DNA of 63,361 nucleotides, the filler included, from Neoconidiobolus thromboides FSU 785 (Eukaryota; Fungi; Entomophthoromycota), in assembly GCA_025603075.1 (NCBI GenBank). It is 7 parts of 7 records of this genome, joined end to end, with 100 filler letters (N's around TTAATTAATTAA, not from the genome) between each part and the next. Parts side by side here need not be neighbours in the genome. Positions count along the whole stretch, not along the records: positions 1 to 11,726 come from MU626639.1; positions 11,827 to 16,312 come from MU626781.1; 5 more parts are not named here. The stretch is one strand, 5' to 3'. The position numbers were made by a program, and so were the translations under genes. The stretch's first letter is position 1; each line of letters starts with the position of its first letter. The notes under the pieces were generated by a model that was given only the letters and a program-made list of their open reading frames with translations, was not told where the DNA came from and ran no database searches. Positions 1 to 12,353 of this stretch are shown one piece after another.

Positions 1-324
1 TTCAGTTAAAAAGCCTCGAACTACTATACTCTGTAAACTCTTTTATACTCTGAAAAGTAGAAATATCAAAATGAGAAGATAATATTCTTTTGGATGGAGC
101 TAGAAATTCTCATAACAAATCAAACTAAGAACGTGGGATTGATTTTCTCTGAACTCAAAAACACAACAGCTTAGGCGATTGCTATGCTATAATTAACCAT
201 GGAACTGACAAAGCGATATTTCACAGAACTATAGGATAGGGTTTGGCTTTACATTTTACAAAATAACTGATAAGAACGTGACCTTTTAGGAATAATTAGA
301 TTTCTAAATATTTATTTTTAAGGT

Positions 325-460
325 AACCAGCTACTTTTGATGCCTTTTAAACTATAACCCTGTCACCAAAGCTTATAATTTGTACGTCATCCCATAATCC
401 TTGACTTGTACAACAATAATAAATGGGAAATAAAACCCAATAAAAATACTTTAAATTCAA
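325..460 (-). mobile_element. possible decayed Ty3/Gypsy integrase C-terminal remnant
   Basis: Minus frame reads FPFIIVVQVKDYGMTYKL*ALVTGL*FKRHQK, resembling the GPY/F-type segment after Gypsy integrase; contains stops. Confidence 0.25.
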
Positions 461-1339
461 AGTATTTTTATTTTCCTCAATGAAAGCGAACTTTTCCTGG
501 TTAAATTCAATATCCTAAATGGATGAAGATTATAGTTTTTTGAGTAAAGTATAACTGCTTACCTTATGCTTCATAACTAATAATGACCTTTATATAAATA
601 GACTAGAAAAAGAGCTGTTCCGTTTGTTTACCAACTTGTGAACTCTCATTTTTATAAATAAATAAAATTCTATAGTATTTCACATTCATTATTTATACAT
701 TGTTTCATGAAATTTTCGATCTAGTGCTTTAAGGTTGATTTGGTCGAATAAATTTATTTGATATATTGTTTCATATTGAGTGCTTTTTACTGGGCGTTTA
801 AGCAGCTATTTTAATAAATGTTTTTGAACGTAGGGTATTTTGCTTTTATCTGTACTATATCAATCAATATTGAAGAAACTGCGATTAAATCTTAAGAGTT
901 ATAAAATAGAAAGTGTATGTGCTCTCTCCCTTCCCCTAAGCTTTTTCGATAGCTAATAGTCTCTGAGCCATCTATTTATTTTATGCACAACAATCTGTCA
1001 ATGATATACCTGCTCCAAATAATGATATCACTTCTTGTTTCAGGCTTTAAATGGTTTTCATAAAATAGAATCTATAGCTTCTAAATCCAATTTGTCTTGA
1101 TCAAAAGTAGAGGATATAAATTAGAGTGTTTTCATTTAATCAGCTAATTCTACCTTGTATGATCTCTCTCTCATTTATGTTAGCTTATATTTATGAGCCT
1201 ACTTTATTTATTTATTTAAACATGAGAGGGTTGAGGACTTCCAAATATATCATTTATAAATGAATTACTAATTTTGCCAATGTTTACAACTATCGTTTAT
1301 CATAAGAAAATAAATTTTACAAATCTGGACATTTAAAGT

Positions 1340-1445
1340 ATATGGATATGTTTTTTTGACTTGATTACTTTCACCATTTTTTAAGCACTATTTGAGTGGA
1401 AAGATTATTAGTAAAATTCTTCAACAAAAAAATACATCCCCATAT
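1340..1445 (+). mobile_element. MITE family 1 copy
   Basis: Matches consensus GGGAGTGTTTTTTTTG(A/G)CTTCATTACTTTTTCCATCTTTTAAGCGCTATTTGAGTGGAAAATTTGTTAGTAAAATTCTTAAACACAAAAATACATCCCC (defines + orientation); ATAT/ATAT flanks. Confidence 0.9.
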
Positions 1446-1829
1446 TATGAGTTGTTTTCTTTCTGGTACAATTAAAGACTTAAATACTTTTTGTTCTTAT
1501 CCTTAAGCTTTAAGATAGTTAAAATTGAAAATCTTAAACTTGAAGAAGGTACAGATACAGATACAGAAATTAAATATTGTCTTACTCCTTCATTACCGCT
1601 TATTGCATTTATTCAACCTTTTTTCGCCCCTGGTATACATAATAAATCGGAAAGTATCTTAATATAAATTTTGTGAAGTTATGTAAGTAAGAAATTGTTT
1701 ATTATGATCTTTATTGCAATCGCGAATAAGGTACATATTGGCTTTTAGTTTTTTTATGAACGTACTAAGTACAGAGGACCCAGCGGGGATTTATTTCGAT
1801 AAATATTTAAAGACTTAGCATAACCTTAA

Positions 1830-2070
1830 AGAAGAGAAAAATCTGATAACTTCAGAAAGCAGTTTAAATGAGTGGACCCACCCAGGACCTTTCTTAGAAT
1901 ATAGGCCAATTGCAAGAGCATTCATACTTTCAGCTTGAAATGGAGCAGCCCATTTCAATAACAATTAGTCTACAGATGGAGGACCAGTGATTGGCTTAAA
2001 GTTGGTCTTATAGAAGATACGATCAAGGACCCAGACCACAGATCCAACAAAGAGGGAATCAGTTTTTGAT
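1830..2070 (+). mobile_element. possible decayed LTR-retrotransposon integrase remnant
   Basis: GC-richer island; plus frame RKQFK*VD...KSIHTFSLKWSSPFQ resembles the K-L/F-x-x-K-W-x-G-P-F motif; multiple stops. Confidence 0.25.
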
Positions 2071-3428
2071 CTTTGCTATTAATTTTTAACTAATTTAAAC
2101 TAAAATGCTTTCAAACAAAACTGTGGTTTTAATTAACGATAGTAAATTTTTGTTTTATATTTCATGGACAAAGATAACTCTTTATTTTTATTTATTTCGA
2201 ATATTAACAAATCTTATTGAATTAATTGGTGTTAAATTACATATCAATATAAGGGCAAAAAATAAAAGTTTAATATGAGATCTATAATGAACATCAAATT
2301 CTAGCACAGAAAAATATATTTAAAATTGTTATACAAGGAATATCTACAAAATGTATAATAAAAAACTCTTAGGTTTAACAATCTTTGCTTTTACCACTTA
2401 GAGAAAAAAGTGATATGTAACATTGCTTACATCATAATTGAGCTTTACTAGTGATGAAATACAAAGTAATATTATTAGATTATTAGATTACCATAACACT
2501 ATATTTGTTTCATAATCTCATTTTCAAGCCATCAACTCCATCCTTACAGTATTGCGATATAGATCTTCAAGCTAAAATAATAATATATGCCACTATAAGT
2601 AAACACCTAATTAACAATACTTCATTGAGCAATTGAGCATGAGAAAAAGTACCAATAGTAGCCTCCAAAAGGCGGTCTATTTACGCCTTCAAAGAAATAG
2701 CCATATACTGAGATTTGGCCTACCCTAATAACAGTTTATCTTTAATTGATCTTTTATTTATTAGCTATCTTGACTGCCAACTAAATAGCTTTATTCTTTT
2801 TTTGATTTGAGTATTTATCAAGTTGATTAACAGCACTTATCTAAAGGTGATAAGACTTTATTTTCTAATATAAATCTATATTTTAAAATGAGTGTTAGCT
2901 TTGTTGACGAGAAGTATGGTCAATTGGTTAACTAAATGGTTTTTAATTCCTTTGAATGGGCTTATTGAAAAGAAAAAGTTTGAGAGGAAGAGATTAATAG
3001 GCATATTTTATTGTAAATAGTTTATTGTTTTATTGATTAATTTTTATAGTTAGTTACAAGGATTGCTTATTATTTGAACATTTGAAAATGATCTGGTGAT
3101 ATCAACTCAGGACTTTGAGGTTGATTTTAGTAGGTTATACGAACTTAGAGTTAGGTTAGTAAATTGAATAGCTTTATTAAGTATACACAGGTTCTATTAA
3201 ACCTTGAATTAAGTTTTTATATCTCAAATAAGCTATAATTTTTCTACTAAACTTTTACTACATTTCATTATTATAAAAAAGTTAAAGTCAATAGAAATTT
3301 CAAATTTCAAATAAGCCAAAGTACATATAAAGAAAGAGTAGCTTACAAATCGACCATAATAAGATAATTTACAAGAAGTCTAAAGTAGTTTTCGGCCCTT
3401 TCGTGCTTGGCATGTTTATCAATAATAT

Positions 3429-3536
3429 ATATGGGGGTGTGTTTTTTCGTTCGAGAATTTTACTGGTAAGTTTTTCCGCCTAAAAGCACTTAAAAAATGG
3501 AAAAAGTAATAAAATAAAAAAAAACACTCTCACATA
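3429..3536 (-). mobile_element. MITE family 1 copy
   Basis: Consensus match. Confidence 0.9.
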
Positions 3537-4040
3537 ATGATATATATTTGTTTCCACAATTATAGCTACTTTATCACCAATTTTGGCCAGAATAACACCA
3601 ACTTCTCACTAATGTAAGGAGATTATTTGTCATTTATGAAAAAACTTGTCAGAAAGTAAAAATACGTTAAAAGGTGCTTTAGCAAGAATTATTGCTTTCC
3701 CTGATTTAGTAATAAAATTAGTAGAAGTTCCTCATACACTACCATCGTCACTAAGGACTGTAACATTTCCAATATGACCTAGAGTGGCTAAGAACCATTG
3801 AAGATGCTCATCCTATAATGTTTCTTTATTAAAGTTAAATATCAAAGGCACTTTTTTAACTTGTTGAAAATTTATTTAGCCAAAAATAAAACACGTTTAC
3901 ACGTTTTTTTCAAAAATTATACGGGGAACCTTAAAACTCATCAATGCTCTCGCTTTTTTATTGAATAACAAATTGTCTAGTCATACGTATTATTCTTTTC
4001 AATCAAAGTTGTCCAATAATAATTTGGACATTAAAACTAT

Positions 4041-4143
4041 ACGAGGATTGTTTTTTGGTTTCATTATTTTTTCCATTCTTAGGCGCTATTTAAACGGAAA
4101 AATTGTTAATAAAATTCCCAAACCTAAAAATACAGCCCCATAT
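4041..4143 (+). mobile_element. MITE family 1 copy
   Basis: Consensus match, left end degenerate. Confidence 0.85.
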
Positions 4144-6458
4144 TTAAATATCCTATTTTGGCTCCAATTTAATCTTTATATTTATATTTAGCAGACCACT
4201 TGAGGCCCATCTCTCTTACAAGATAAAAAACTAATATGGCGTTCACTACGACATGGTATCTCCTTTACTTTTTTCCATAAATTAAGTTCTCAAATGTTTT
4301 TTACAACGTACCAGGATTTTCAAAAAGGATAATGAAAAAAATCTTCAAAGGTATAGGGCCCCAATATTTTACTATAGAGACGGAATTTAAAAAAGGAAGG
4401 AAAATGAGGCATGAAAGCGACTGGCTATAGTAGGAGAGCAAGGAAATTATTTAACTATATTAAGATAGAATGGGTTTAATAGAAGAATGCTCTGAGCTGT
4501 AGACCTGAATTTAGCTACAAAATACATGAACTGCAGTAGAGGAAGGTGCTAAATATTTATAGCGGACAAGTTGCTATAACAAATGTGGAAAACACTGATT
4601 ACATACCATTATCTTTTAATAGGTATCCATGACAGTTTTATTACTATATTTTTGATTTTGTTGCTACATCTAATGAAATCAAAATAAAATACATTTACCT
4701 ATATACTTTATAAAGAAATTATACTTTTTCTTTGCTAATATTGTAGGGCTTGAATTATTTTTAACGAAATAATAGTAGTCTTTATAATAAAGATTATACA
4801 CATTTACTATATCCTTATCTTTATTTTTTAACTTCATGGTCACTAATTTCCTTATATATAACCATAGTTAAGTACATTACGAACTATTGACATTCTAATA
4901 AATAACATTTCTCATAGCGCCTATTAATCCTTCAAACACCGTATTTTTAATAATGACTTATTTTATCACTCATGCTTATTCTTATACCTATGAACAGTTA
5001 CCATGTCGACAAACAACCTTTTCTTAGACCATTTAACAAATCAATAAACTTTTCTATTTATCAGCTTTATCTACGAATCAACTGTCCACTATAAATTTAA
5101 TTTAAACTCAGTAACTTAAATTCTAAAAATGGAAGATGTTAAGGGGGAACCTTAGAATTAATAGTCATCTGAACACATATAACTACCTCAAGGGGAGCAA
5201 ACGACTATGTATAGGTAAAATTAAACAATATACAAAAGGATCGAAATAAGGAGTAGATAGATACTTGGAAATTGAAGAATCAAGCTATTGTCTTTGGACT
5301 GATATGGGATTATCAAGGATACTTTAAGGGGGACGGATATTTTTAAATTAAAAACCTTAAGCCATGTTTTATGCAAATACAGATTCGTCAATTTAAAATC
5401 CTTGATTTAAAAATTTTCAGTAGCTTAATATTGATTGAAATAAAAAAGGAGAGGTGAAAAAAGAACTAAACACAAGAATTGTAAATCATAAATTAAAACG
5501 ATGTATAAATAATATTTTAGTGATCTATCAGCCATAAATATTCGTTCATTATTAAAAGAGTCATTTTTATTTTTAAATTTATTTTATTTTAATAGTTTCT
5601 GTCTTCAATACTATTTTAAATAAAGGAATTTTAATATTAAAAAAACATCACTTTTATAATTACTTAACAATAGATAGCACCTGTACAAAGACGATTTGTA
5701 CATAGAAACTTGCGTTAATAGTTAAATTAGTATTTGAATTTTATAAACTTTTTTTACTCTTTAATTATAGCAAGTTTTAAGGATAAAGTATAATTTATCA
5801 AAACTTTTACTACTTATTAGTATTATAACAGGATATCCATCATATTATTATAGATAAAATGAAAACTGTGGCAATTGTAATATGACCATTTTATTATACT
5901 GCGAAATAACAATGATACTGTTAAGGTAGTCATTAATATCGTAAAAATGAAAATACTACAAAGATGATCTAAATATAGTAAAGTAAGAAACCTTGAAAAT
6001 AAAGGGGATATAAATACAACGATTCTATTTTGAGTACAATAAGGGGTGAGAAATCCAAAATAATTATTAGGTATTAAAATCAAGTCATCCTTTATTATTC
6101 TTTAAGATAGTTATATTGTTTACTATCGGATTCCACTAAAATAAGCAATTATTCTTTTAAACGAACTCTAAATTGATAAAGGCAAGTGATTTGTTGCCAC
6201 CTAATGATTAGTGGATAACTGTTAAATTCCACTATCATTGGTTAGAATTAAAAGTATGGGATAAAAGTCTTAAGTTTAATTAATCAGCTTGATAAGTAAG
6301 GGATTGTTTTTTTCATTTATGATGTTTATAATTTAACCCAAAGTTTCAAATTTTTAAAAAGAAACACTCCCTTAATTATGATTTAAATATAAATTAATCA
6401 TACCAACTTTATAACAAATTTCATTTAATAACTTTTTAATTATTTTAATTGTTGAAAT

Positions 6459-7750
6459 ATGCCATTAAAAGTTTCCAATAAATCTTTATTCGATTCCTTA
6501 CTACCTATGAGCGATATTCAATATTTGAATAATAACAATAATAATAACAATAATAATAACAATAATAATACTATTAACAATATCAAAGAAAACGATATCA
6601 GTATAAACACCAATTTAAATAATGTAAATAATAGCGAAATGATCCCCAATAACTATAACAATAATAATAATAACTTGAACATAAGCCCACTAAACACTTA
6701 CATTCATACTACAAGTAACACTGGTAGCCATGCAGAAACCTTAAGATTTCGTCGTATAACACCTGTAGTCAAACTGAACGAAACGATCAATGAGACATGG
6801 CCGCCTAAATATAATATCAAAGAAAGTAAAGTTTTAATGAAAAGTAAGGGGTATTTAAAGGAACGATACGATTTATTGCCTTATAATTTAGGCAGTGGAG
6901 CAGGTGGCATTGTACAGATGATTCAGCGAAAAAAAGATGGACGTAAGTTAGCATTAAAAGTATTTAAATATAAGAAACAGGAGGCTTTAAATTTAGAAAT
7001 AAGTCAAAGGAGAGCAATTTTAAATGAGTTACAAATCCACTCACAGTTAAAATTTCCTCATATTATCGAATACATTGAATCCGTGATTGAAGAGGACCGC
7101 CCTTATTTGATCTTAGAATATTGTAACTTTGACTTGTTTGATTATTTGATCAATTTCAATCTGTCATTAACTCAGATTAATAAGTTGTTTTTTCAATTGC
7201 TAAATGCTATTCAATATCTCCACGGCTTGAATATTGCTCATCGTGACTTAAAGATTGAAAATTTATGTTTAGATAACCATTTCAATTTGAAGGTAATTTA
7301 TATAACAAAAATACAAAAATTAATCAAGCTTAAATTGGTTATTAGGTCATTGATTTTGGGTTCGCAATTCATTTTAAAAACAATGATGGTACAGAGCGGT
7401 TATCAACCGGATTGTGCGGCTCCAATCCATACGTAGCACCTGAAATATTAATTGAAACGTATTATGATGCATCAAGATCGGATATTTGGTCTCTAGGTAT
7501 AATTTATATTTGTATGGTATCCAAATCTTTTCCGTGGGAAATAGCCAACTTAAATAATGTTAATTTCTGTAATTATTTAAATGATCCAAAATTGTTGTTA
7601 TCTTTTTTGCCTTCTCCTTTAGCTACGGATATTATTATTTCTATCTTAAACCCCACCCCTTCCTTTCGTCCGTCTATCAAACAGGTCTTAGAAGCTCCTT
7701 GGCTTTCTGGTAATAATATTCCTAATTGGGTGGTGCGTTATTTTAATTAG
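6459..7750 (+). CDS. Ser/Thr protein kinase, NPR/HAL (Sat4/Hal5/Hrk1-like) family, Asn-rich N-terminus
   Basis: LGSGAGG, ALK, HRDLKIEN; a 53-nt GT-AG intron at 7293-7345 joins LK to VIDFG...CGSNPYVAPE, then DIWSLG. Confidence 0.9.
6527..6570 (+). repeat. (AAT/AAC)n trinucleotide tract encoding poly-Asn
   Basis: Direct reading of the sequence; a second tract lies near 6655-6675. Confidence 0.9.
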
Positions 7751-8628
7751 GTTGTTTTATATGTCAAAGTAGATAGTTACTTTGATGTATAAGATTGAGT
7801 TGGAATTTTTTGTACTCTTTTTATAATCCCCTTAATTTTTATATTCTCATTTTATACCTGTTTAGAATCAACTTGGGTTTTAAATAGTTCTATATCTCAA
7901 GACGTTTATCATCGCCTATATCTTATTTGACTTACTGGCGCTCGCTAACTATTTTTATGTTTATATTTTTTTATTATTATTTCATTTTCAATTTACTATT
8001 TTAATTTGATTGTAAATAAATTTAATATCAATGTTAGTAGTTTTCTATTATTTAGATTTTAATAATTTATAACTTATTTACTTGTTAAATATAATTCGAT
8101 CCAGATTTAATAAAGATACTACTGATAAGATTGTTTAGTTCTATCAAATCATTTAGTTAGGTTAAGAGAATCTAAAAAATTTATTCAACACTTAAATCTA
8201 ACTTATAGATAATTAATCTTTACAGATAAACTTTATAAAAGCTCTATCATTTATTAGGTGCTATCGAAGAAGACTAATTGTTAATATGGTAATAGTTCGT
8301 AGACACAAATAAGGAGAAAGTAAAAATAGTATATTTAATATATTAATGAGTGATTTACACAAGCACTGTACATTTTTATAGTAATAGTTATTATTTTGAT
8401 TAATTATAGTTAAAGAATATTAAACAAGTTAATGACTATCAGGCCATAAAAAATAAGGACAAGAGATAGTAAACGTGTTTGGCCTCCATTATAAACTTAT
8501 TTTTGTTATGGTAAAGTAATTTGTAAATCTTATTATGCTATTAAATTAGTAAAAATAACAACGCTTTCTTTAAAAGTAAAATGTACACTAAATTTTTATT
8601 TTTACTATTACTATTGTTATTATTAACT

Positions 8629-8677
8629 TTATCCTTAAATTTTATCCTTAAATTTTATCCTTAAATTCTATCCTTAG
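8629..8677. repeat. 12-bp tandem repeat (TTATCCTTAAAT), about 4 units
   Basis: tttatccttaaat tttatccttaaat tttatccttaaat tctatccttag. Confidence 0.85.
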
Positions 8678-8755
8678 GTTTTAAACAAAAATCAACAAAA
8701 AAATCAATACAAATGTATATTAAAATAATAATACGTAATTTATTGATACTGAATA

Positions 8756-8862
8756 ATATGAGGATGTATTTTTGTTTTTAAGAATTTTACTAATAAATTT
8801 TCCGCTTAAATAGTGCTTAAAAAATGGAAAAAGTAATGAAGTTAAAAAAAACACTCCCATAC
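8756..8862 (-). mobile_element. MITE family 1 copy, 2 nt beyond the GST stop codon
   Basis: Consensus match. Confidence 0.93.
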
Positions 8863-8864
8863 AA

Positions 8865-9722
8865 CTAAGGTTTAAAAGTACTTGCATAACCTTGATAAAG
8901 CTGCTGAATTCTATTAAACCAGCTAACTAAATTCTTGTAATCTTTTAAAACTATATCAAACGTATGGATTGCCATCAATTGAATCATTTTTAGATGACCA
9001 AATAGTAAGTAATCACTATAACTGACTATAAATATTAAATTAAGATAATAAATCAATAAGAAAATAATGTTACTTACTCATCTTTCCTTCCAGATACTCT
9101 TGTTTTTCAACGAGCTTATCTAAAGGCAATAAAAAGTTTCTAATTAACTCAATGGACACTTGATTATCCCCAACAAACTCTTCAATTGTCATATTAAAAT
9201 ACGCCTCTCTAGTACGTCTGAAATAATTTCCATCTTTTGGTTGAATGTTATTAATTACATCCACTAATATTGGTTTAAAGAAGAACATGGAATGGTTCAA
9301 CTGAAATTCAAGATAAGCTGAGAAAGAATTGCCGTATGGAAATAATGAGTTATTAGTATAAGTGGCATCAAGGTAAATAGCTATATCTTTGGAGTTACAA
9401 ATAAACTCATCATCGCTAGTTATCACAGGAACTTTATCCCACATTTGATTACTACAAAATAAATAATTTATTTTTGATAAATATTATTCTATATTTAAGA
9501 TATTTGTTACCTTAATTTTGGAATCTGTTCTACAATCTCAGTAAAGGTAAGATCATTGATTTGGAAGTCGATATTCTATAATTCATTAAAAAATTTAATA
9601 TTTTATTTAGTCATCAATAAAGACAAAATTACTTTATGTTTCAAAGCCATTAAAATTCTCCACGAATAAGGGCTGAATGGTTTCCCTCCTTTTCTATCGA
9701 CTAAGTGGTAAAAGTTAAGCAT
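8865..9722 (-). CDS. glutathione S-transferase, GSTFuA/LigE-like class (4 exons)
   Basis: Exon 1 MLNFYHLVDRKGGKPFSPYSWRILMALKHK (ATG at 9722, not in ORF track); then KVPVI..D...NSKDIA.YLD, YFRRTRE..F, SYSDYLLFG, WFNRI; GT-AG introns. Confidence 0.85.
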
Positions 9723-10158
9723 TATTATTGTAATAGTATTAGTAGTTAGAACAAACTATTCTTTTTGTTTTTTTGTATTCTACTCCTTTGGTTTTAGCTT
9801 TGTTTTTATATTCTCTTTATTCCTTTTTACCTACCCGAAACCTTGCTTTATTATGGCTCCGATATATATTTTTTATGCTTAATTAATTGTTTACTAAATC
9901 TGATAATTTTTAAAATTGAAGTGATTAGTAACAAAAATTAAATTGAAGATGGAAAACTTAGTTTTATGTCATTAAAATGTTGGATTTTTATGCTTATATA
10001 TTTGAACTAACTTTTCATTATTATATGTAAATATCTATATAAATCAGTTTATATATTTAGTTTTTTTATATTGCATTTGTGCTTTTAATTAAAATATTTC
10101 AGTTTTGAGCTTTTGAGAACTTCATGAAATTATATATTTGACACTGGTTTTGACAATC

Positions 10159-10261
10159 ATATGGGGATGTATTTTTGTTTTTAAGAATTTTACAAATTTT
10201 CTGCTCAAATAGCGCTTAAAAGATAGAAAGAGTAATGAAGCTAAAAAAAACATTCTCATAT
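10159..10261 (-). mobile_element. MITE family 1 copy
   Basis: Consensus match, ATAT/ATAT. Confidence 0.92.
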
Positions 10262-10450
10262 ATAGTTTTTCACTTATCAGAAGCAAAGTCAAATTTGATC
10301 TAAAAGTAGTGATTATAAGTATAAAATTTAACAATAATATAATTTAAATAAACTATAATTTAAACAAGATGTAATCTAAATATAGTTTTCCACTTGCTAG
10401 ATACAAAGCTACGTTAGATTTAAATATTTTCATAAATATTTTTATTTTTA

Positions 10451-10506
10451 TAGTTATAGTTATAGTTATAGTTATAGTTATAGTTATAGTTATAGCTATA
10501 GTTATA
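10451..10506. repeat. (TAGTTA)n hexamer microsatellite, about 9 units
   Basis: Direct reading of the sequence. Confidence 0.9.
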
Positions 10507-10548
10507 CTATTCTACTACTTTAAGTTTTATTATAATATGTTTTTAAAT

Positions 10549-11301
10549 ATATGGGGTTGTCCAAATTGATTTCAGAATTTACTTAGAAGTTAATCCAAAT
10601 TTTAAATTTTTAAATTTGTGTATAATGTGATGGTTAAATCCAAAAAGCCTAAAATTAAATCTCTTCATTCAGAACTTATTTTAATTGTTTCCTTTCCTTA
10701 AATAGCTAACCTTCCTAATTTTATGTTTTATGTTGTTTATATTAGATATTTAATAGATATATAATATATAACTATATGGTTATATAATTATATAAATACA
10801 GTTATTTAACTTTATTTTTTGTTGAAATAAAAATAAAATGCAAACTTTCATAACTAGACTTCAAAATCGAATTTTGAAAATTTCAATACAATAGAGAGGA
10901 GTACACAATATAAACATTGTAATTCATTTACATCAATTTTAAAAGCTACTTATAATAACCCAAGGCTTATGGAATTTTATAATAAAACAAAACAAAGAAA
11001 AGATATGGGAGTGTTTTTTTTGACTTCATTATTTCTTCCATCTTTTAAGCGCTATTTAAGCGGAAAATTTGTTAGTAAAATTCTTAAACACAAAAACACA
11101 TCCCCATATATTATCAAAGTTTACTATCAATAATAATAAACTTAATCAAGCAATGTATAAAATTAGTGCTTTGAGGGAAACAGGAAATAACATCAACAAG
11201 TAGCATTATTATCAACTATAGCTTCAGTATATTCTTTTGATGAATGTAAGAGTTTTGGGTTTAATATAAATAGAAATCAATATGATTATTCAAAAACAAG
11301 T
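10549..11301 (+). mobile_element. long non-autonomous DNA element (family 2), copy C; ATAT-GGGG left end; MITE nested at 11003
   Basis: Left ~160 bp match 61759-61912; internal parts match the reverse complements of 61420-61758 and 59240-59787; right end not determined. Confidence 0.7.
11003..11109 (+). mobile_element. MITE family 1 copy nested in the family-2 element
   Basis: Near-consensus, ATAT/ATAT. Confidence 0.95.
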
Positions 11302-11618
11302 AACAATAATAATAAAATATCAACATCACAACCTATTATTAAAAATACAAAAAAAATTAAAGATGACCAAATTGAAACTATCATACAATATTTACTAAAT
11401 GATTCAACTATTTCATTAAGATTTAATAAAAAAAATAATGATAGTGAATATTCATCAGACAATATATATATTAAATAAGAGTAGAAGAATGATATACAGT
11501 AAATATTTTAATGATCTAAGAGATAAAGCAGTGGCTAGGTCAATGTTCTTTAAATATATACCAAGTAATTTCAAAAATGCAGCAAGAAAAACAGATCTAT
11601 ATAATACATGTAACCAGT

Positions 11619-11725
11619 ATATGGAGATGTATTTTTGTATTTGAGAATTTTACTAACAAATTTTCCATTCAAATAGTGCTTAAAAGATGGAAAAAATAAT
11701 GAAGTCAAAAAAAACATCCCCATAT
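11619..11725 (-). mobile_element. MITE family 1 copy abutting a gap
   Basis: Near-consensus, ATAT/ATAT. Confidence 0.95.
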
Positions 11726-11726
11726 A

Positions 11727-11826
11727 NNNNNNNNNNNNNNNNNNNNNNNNNNNNNNNNNNNNNNNNNNNNTTAATTAATTAANNNNNNNNNNNNNNNNNN
11801 NNNNNNNNNNNNNNNNNNNNNNNNNN
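11727..11826. other. assembly gap (N44-TTAATTAATTAA-N44); same spacer at 16313, 47313, 52657, 59019 and 61913
   Basis: Identical 100-nt spacer occurs six times; true gap sizes unknown. Confidence 0.98.
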
Positions 11827-12353
11827 TAATTGAGACTATTTATACCTTTCACAATTGATTTATATTGGTTCAACTTCATATAAAAAAATGTATAATTTTT
11901 AGTCATATATTTTAATTAATTATTTCCATGTTCTTTCTAATTTATTTTTTTGATAAATTTTCAGTTATGTTTTCTTAGTGTTTTATTGGCTCTTTTTATA
12001 CTAAGAAGGTCAACAATTACCTTTTATATAAGTATGGATTTTCCTTAATAATTAAGTTAACATTTGGCAATCTATTAAGACCATCCTTAATTTTTTGAAC
12101 ATAATATAAAATCATACAAATAGTAAAGAACTTAATCTGTTTTTTATAATATATGCATTTAATGTTATTTGAAATTCCTTGATTAGTAAATTTTTTAAAT
12201 TTATTTTTTATTTTTTAAGTTATTTATTTGAATTAGTTTTGAATTTATAAATTTAATTTAAACATAAACCATAGGAATATTTAAATTTCGTATTAAACCC
12301 TAGAAACTCTATTGTAATACTATTAATTCTTTTTACTTTTGATAATTAAATTA

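Noticed and set aside
3961-4191. Short ORF-track entries containing FFLxSLLFPxFKxYLxGKIxxKI (also 10122, 18101, 36224, 53614, 54490)
   Set aside because: These are read-throughs of the MITE, not a protein family; treated under the MITE peptide finding
4560-4610. CYNKCGKH as a gag zinc knuckle
   Set aside because: Spacing does not fit CX2CX4HX4C and a stop follows; too weak to call
10451-10506. (TAGTTA)n as an interstitial telomere
   Set aside because: Not TTAGGG-like; an ordinary microsatellite
11771-11782. TTAATTAATTAA recurring six times
   Set aside because: Always centred in an N-run; it is a scaffolding spacer with stops in all frames, not biology
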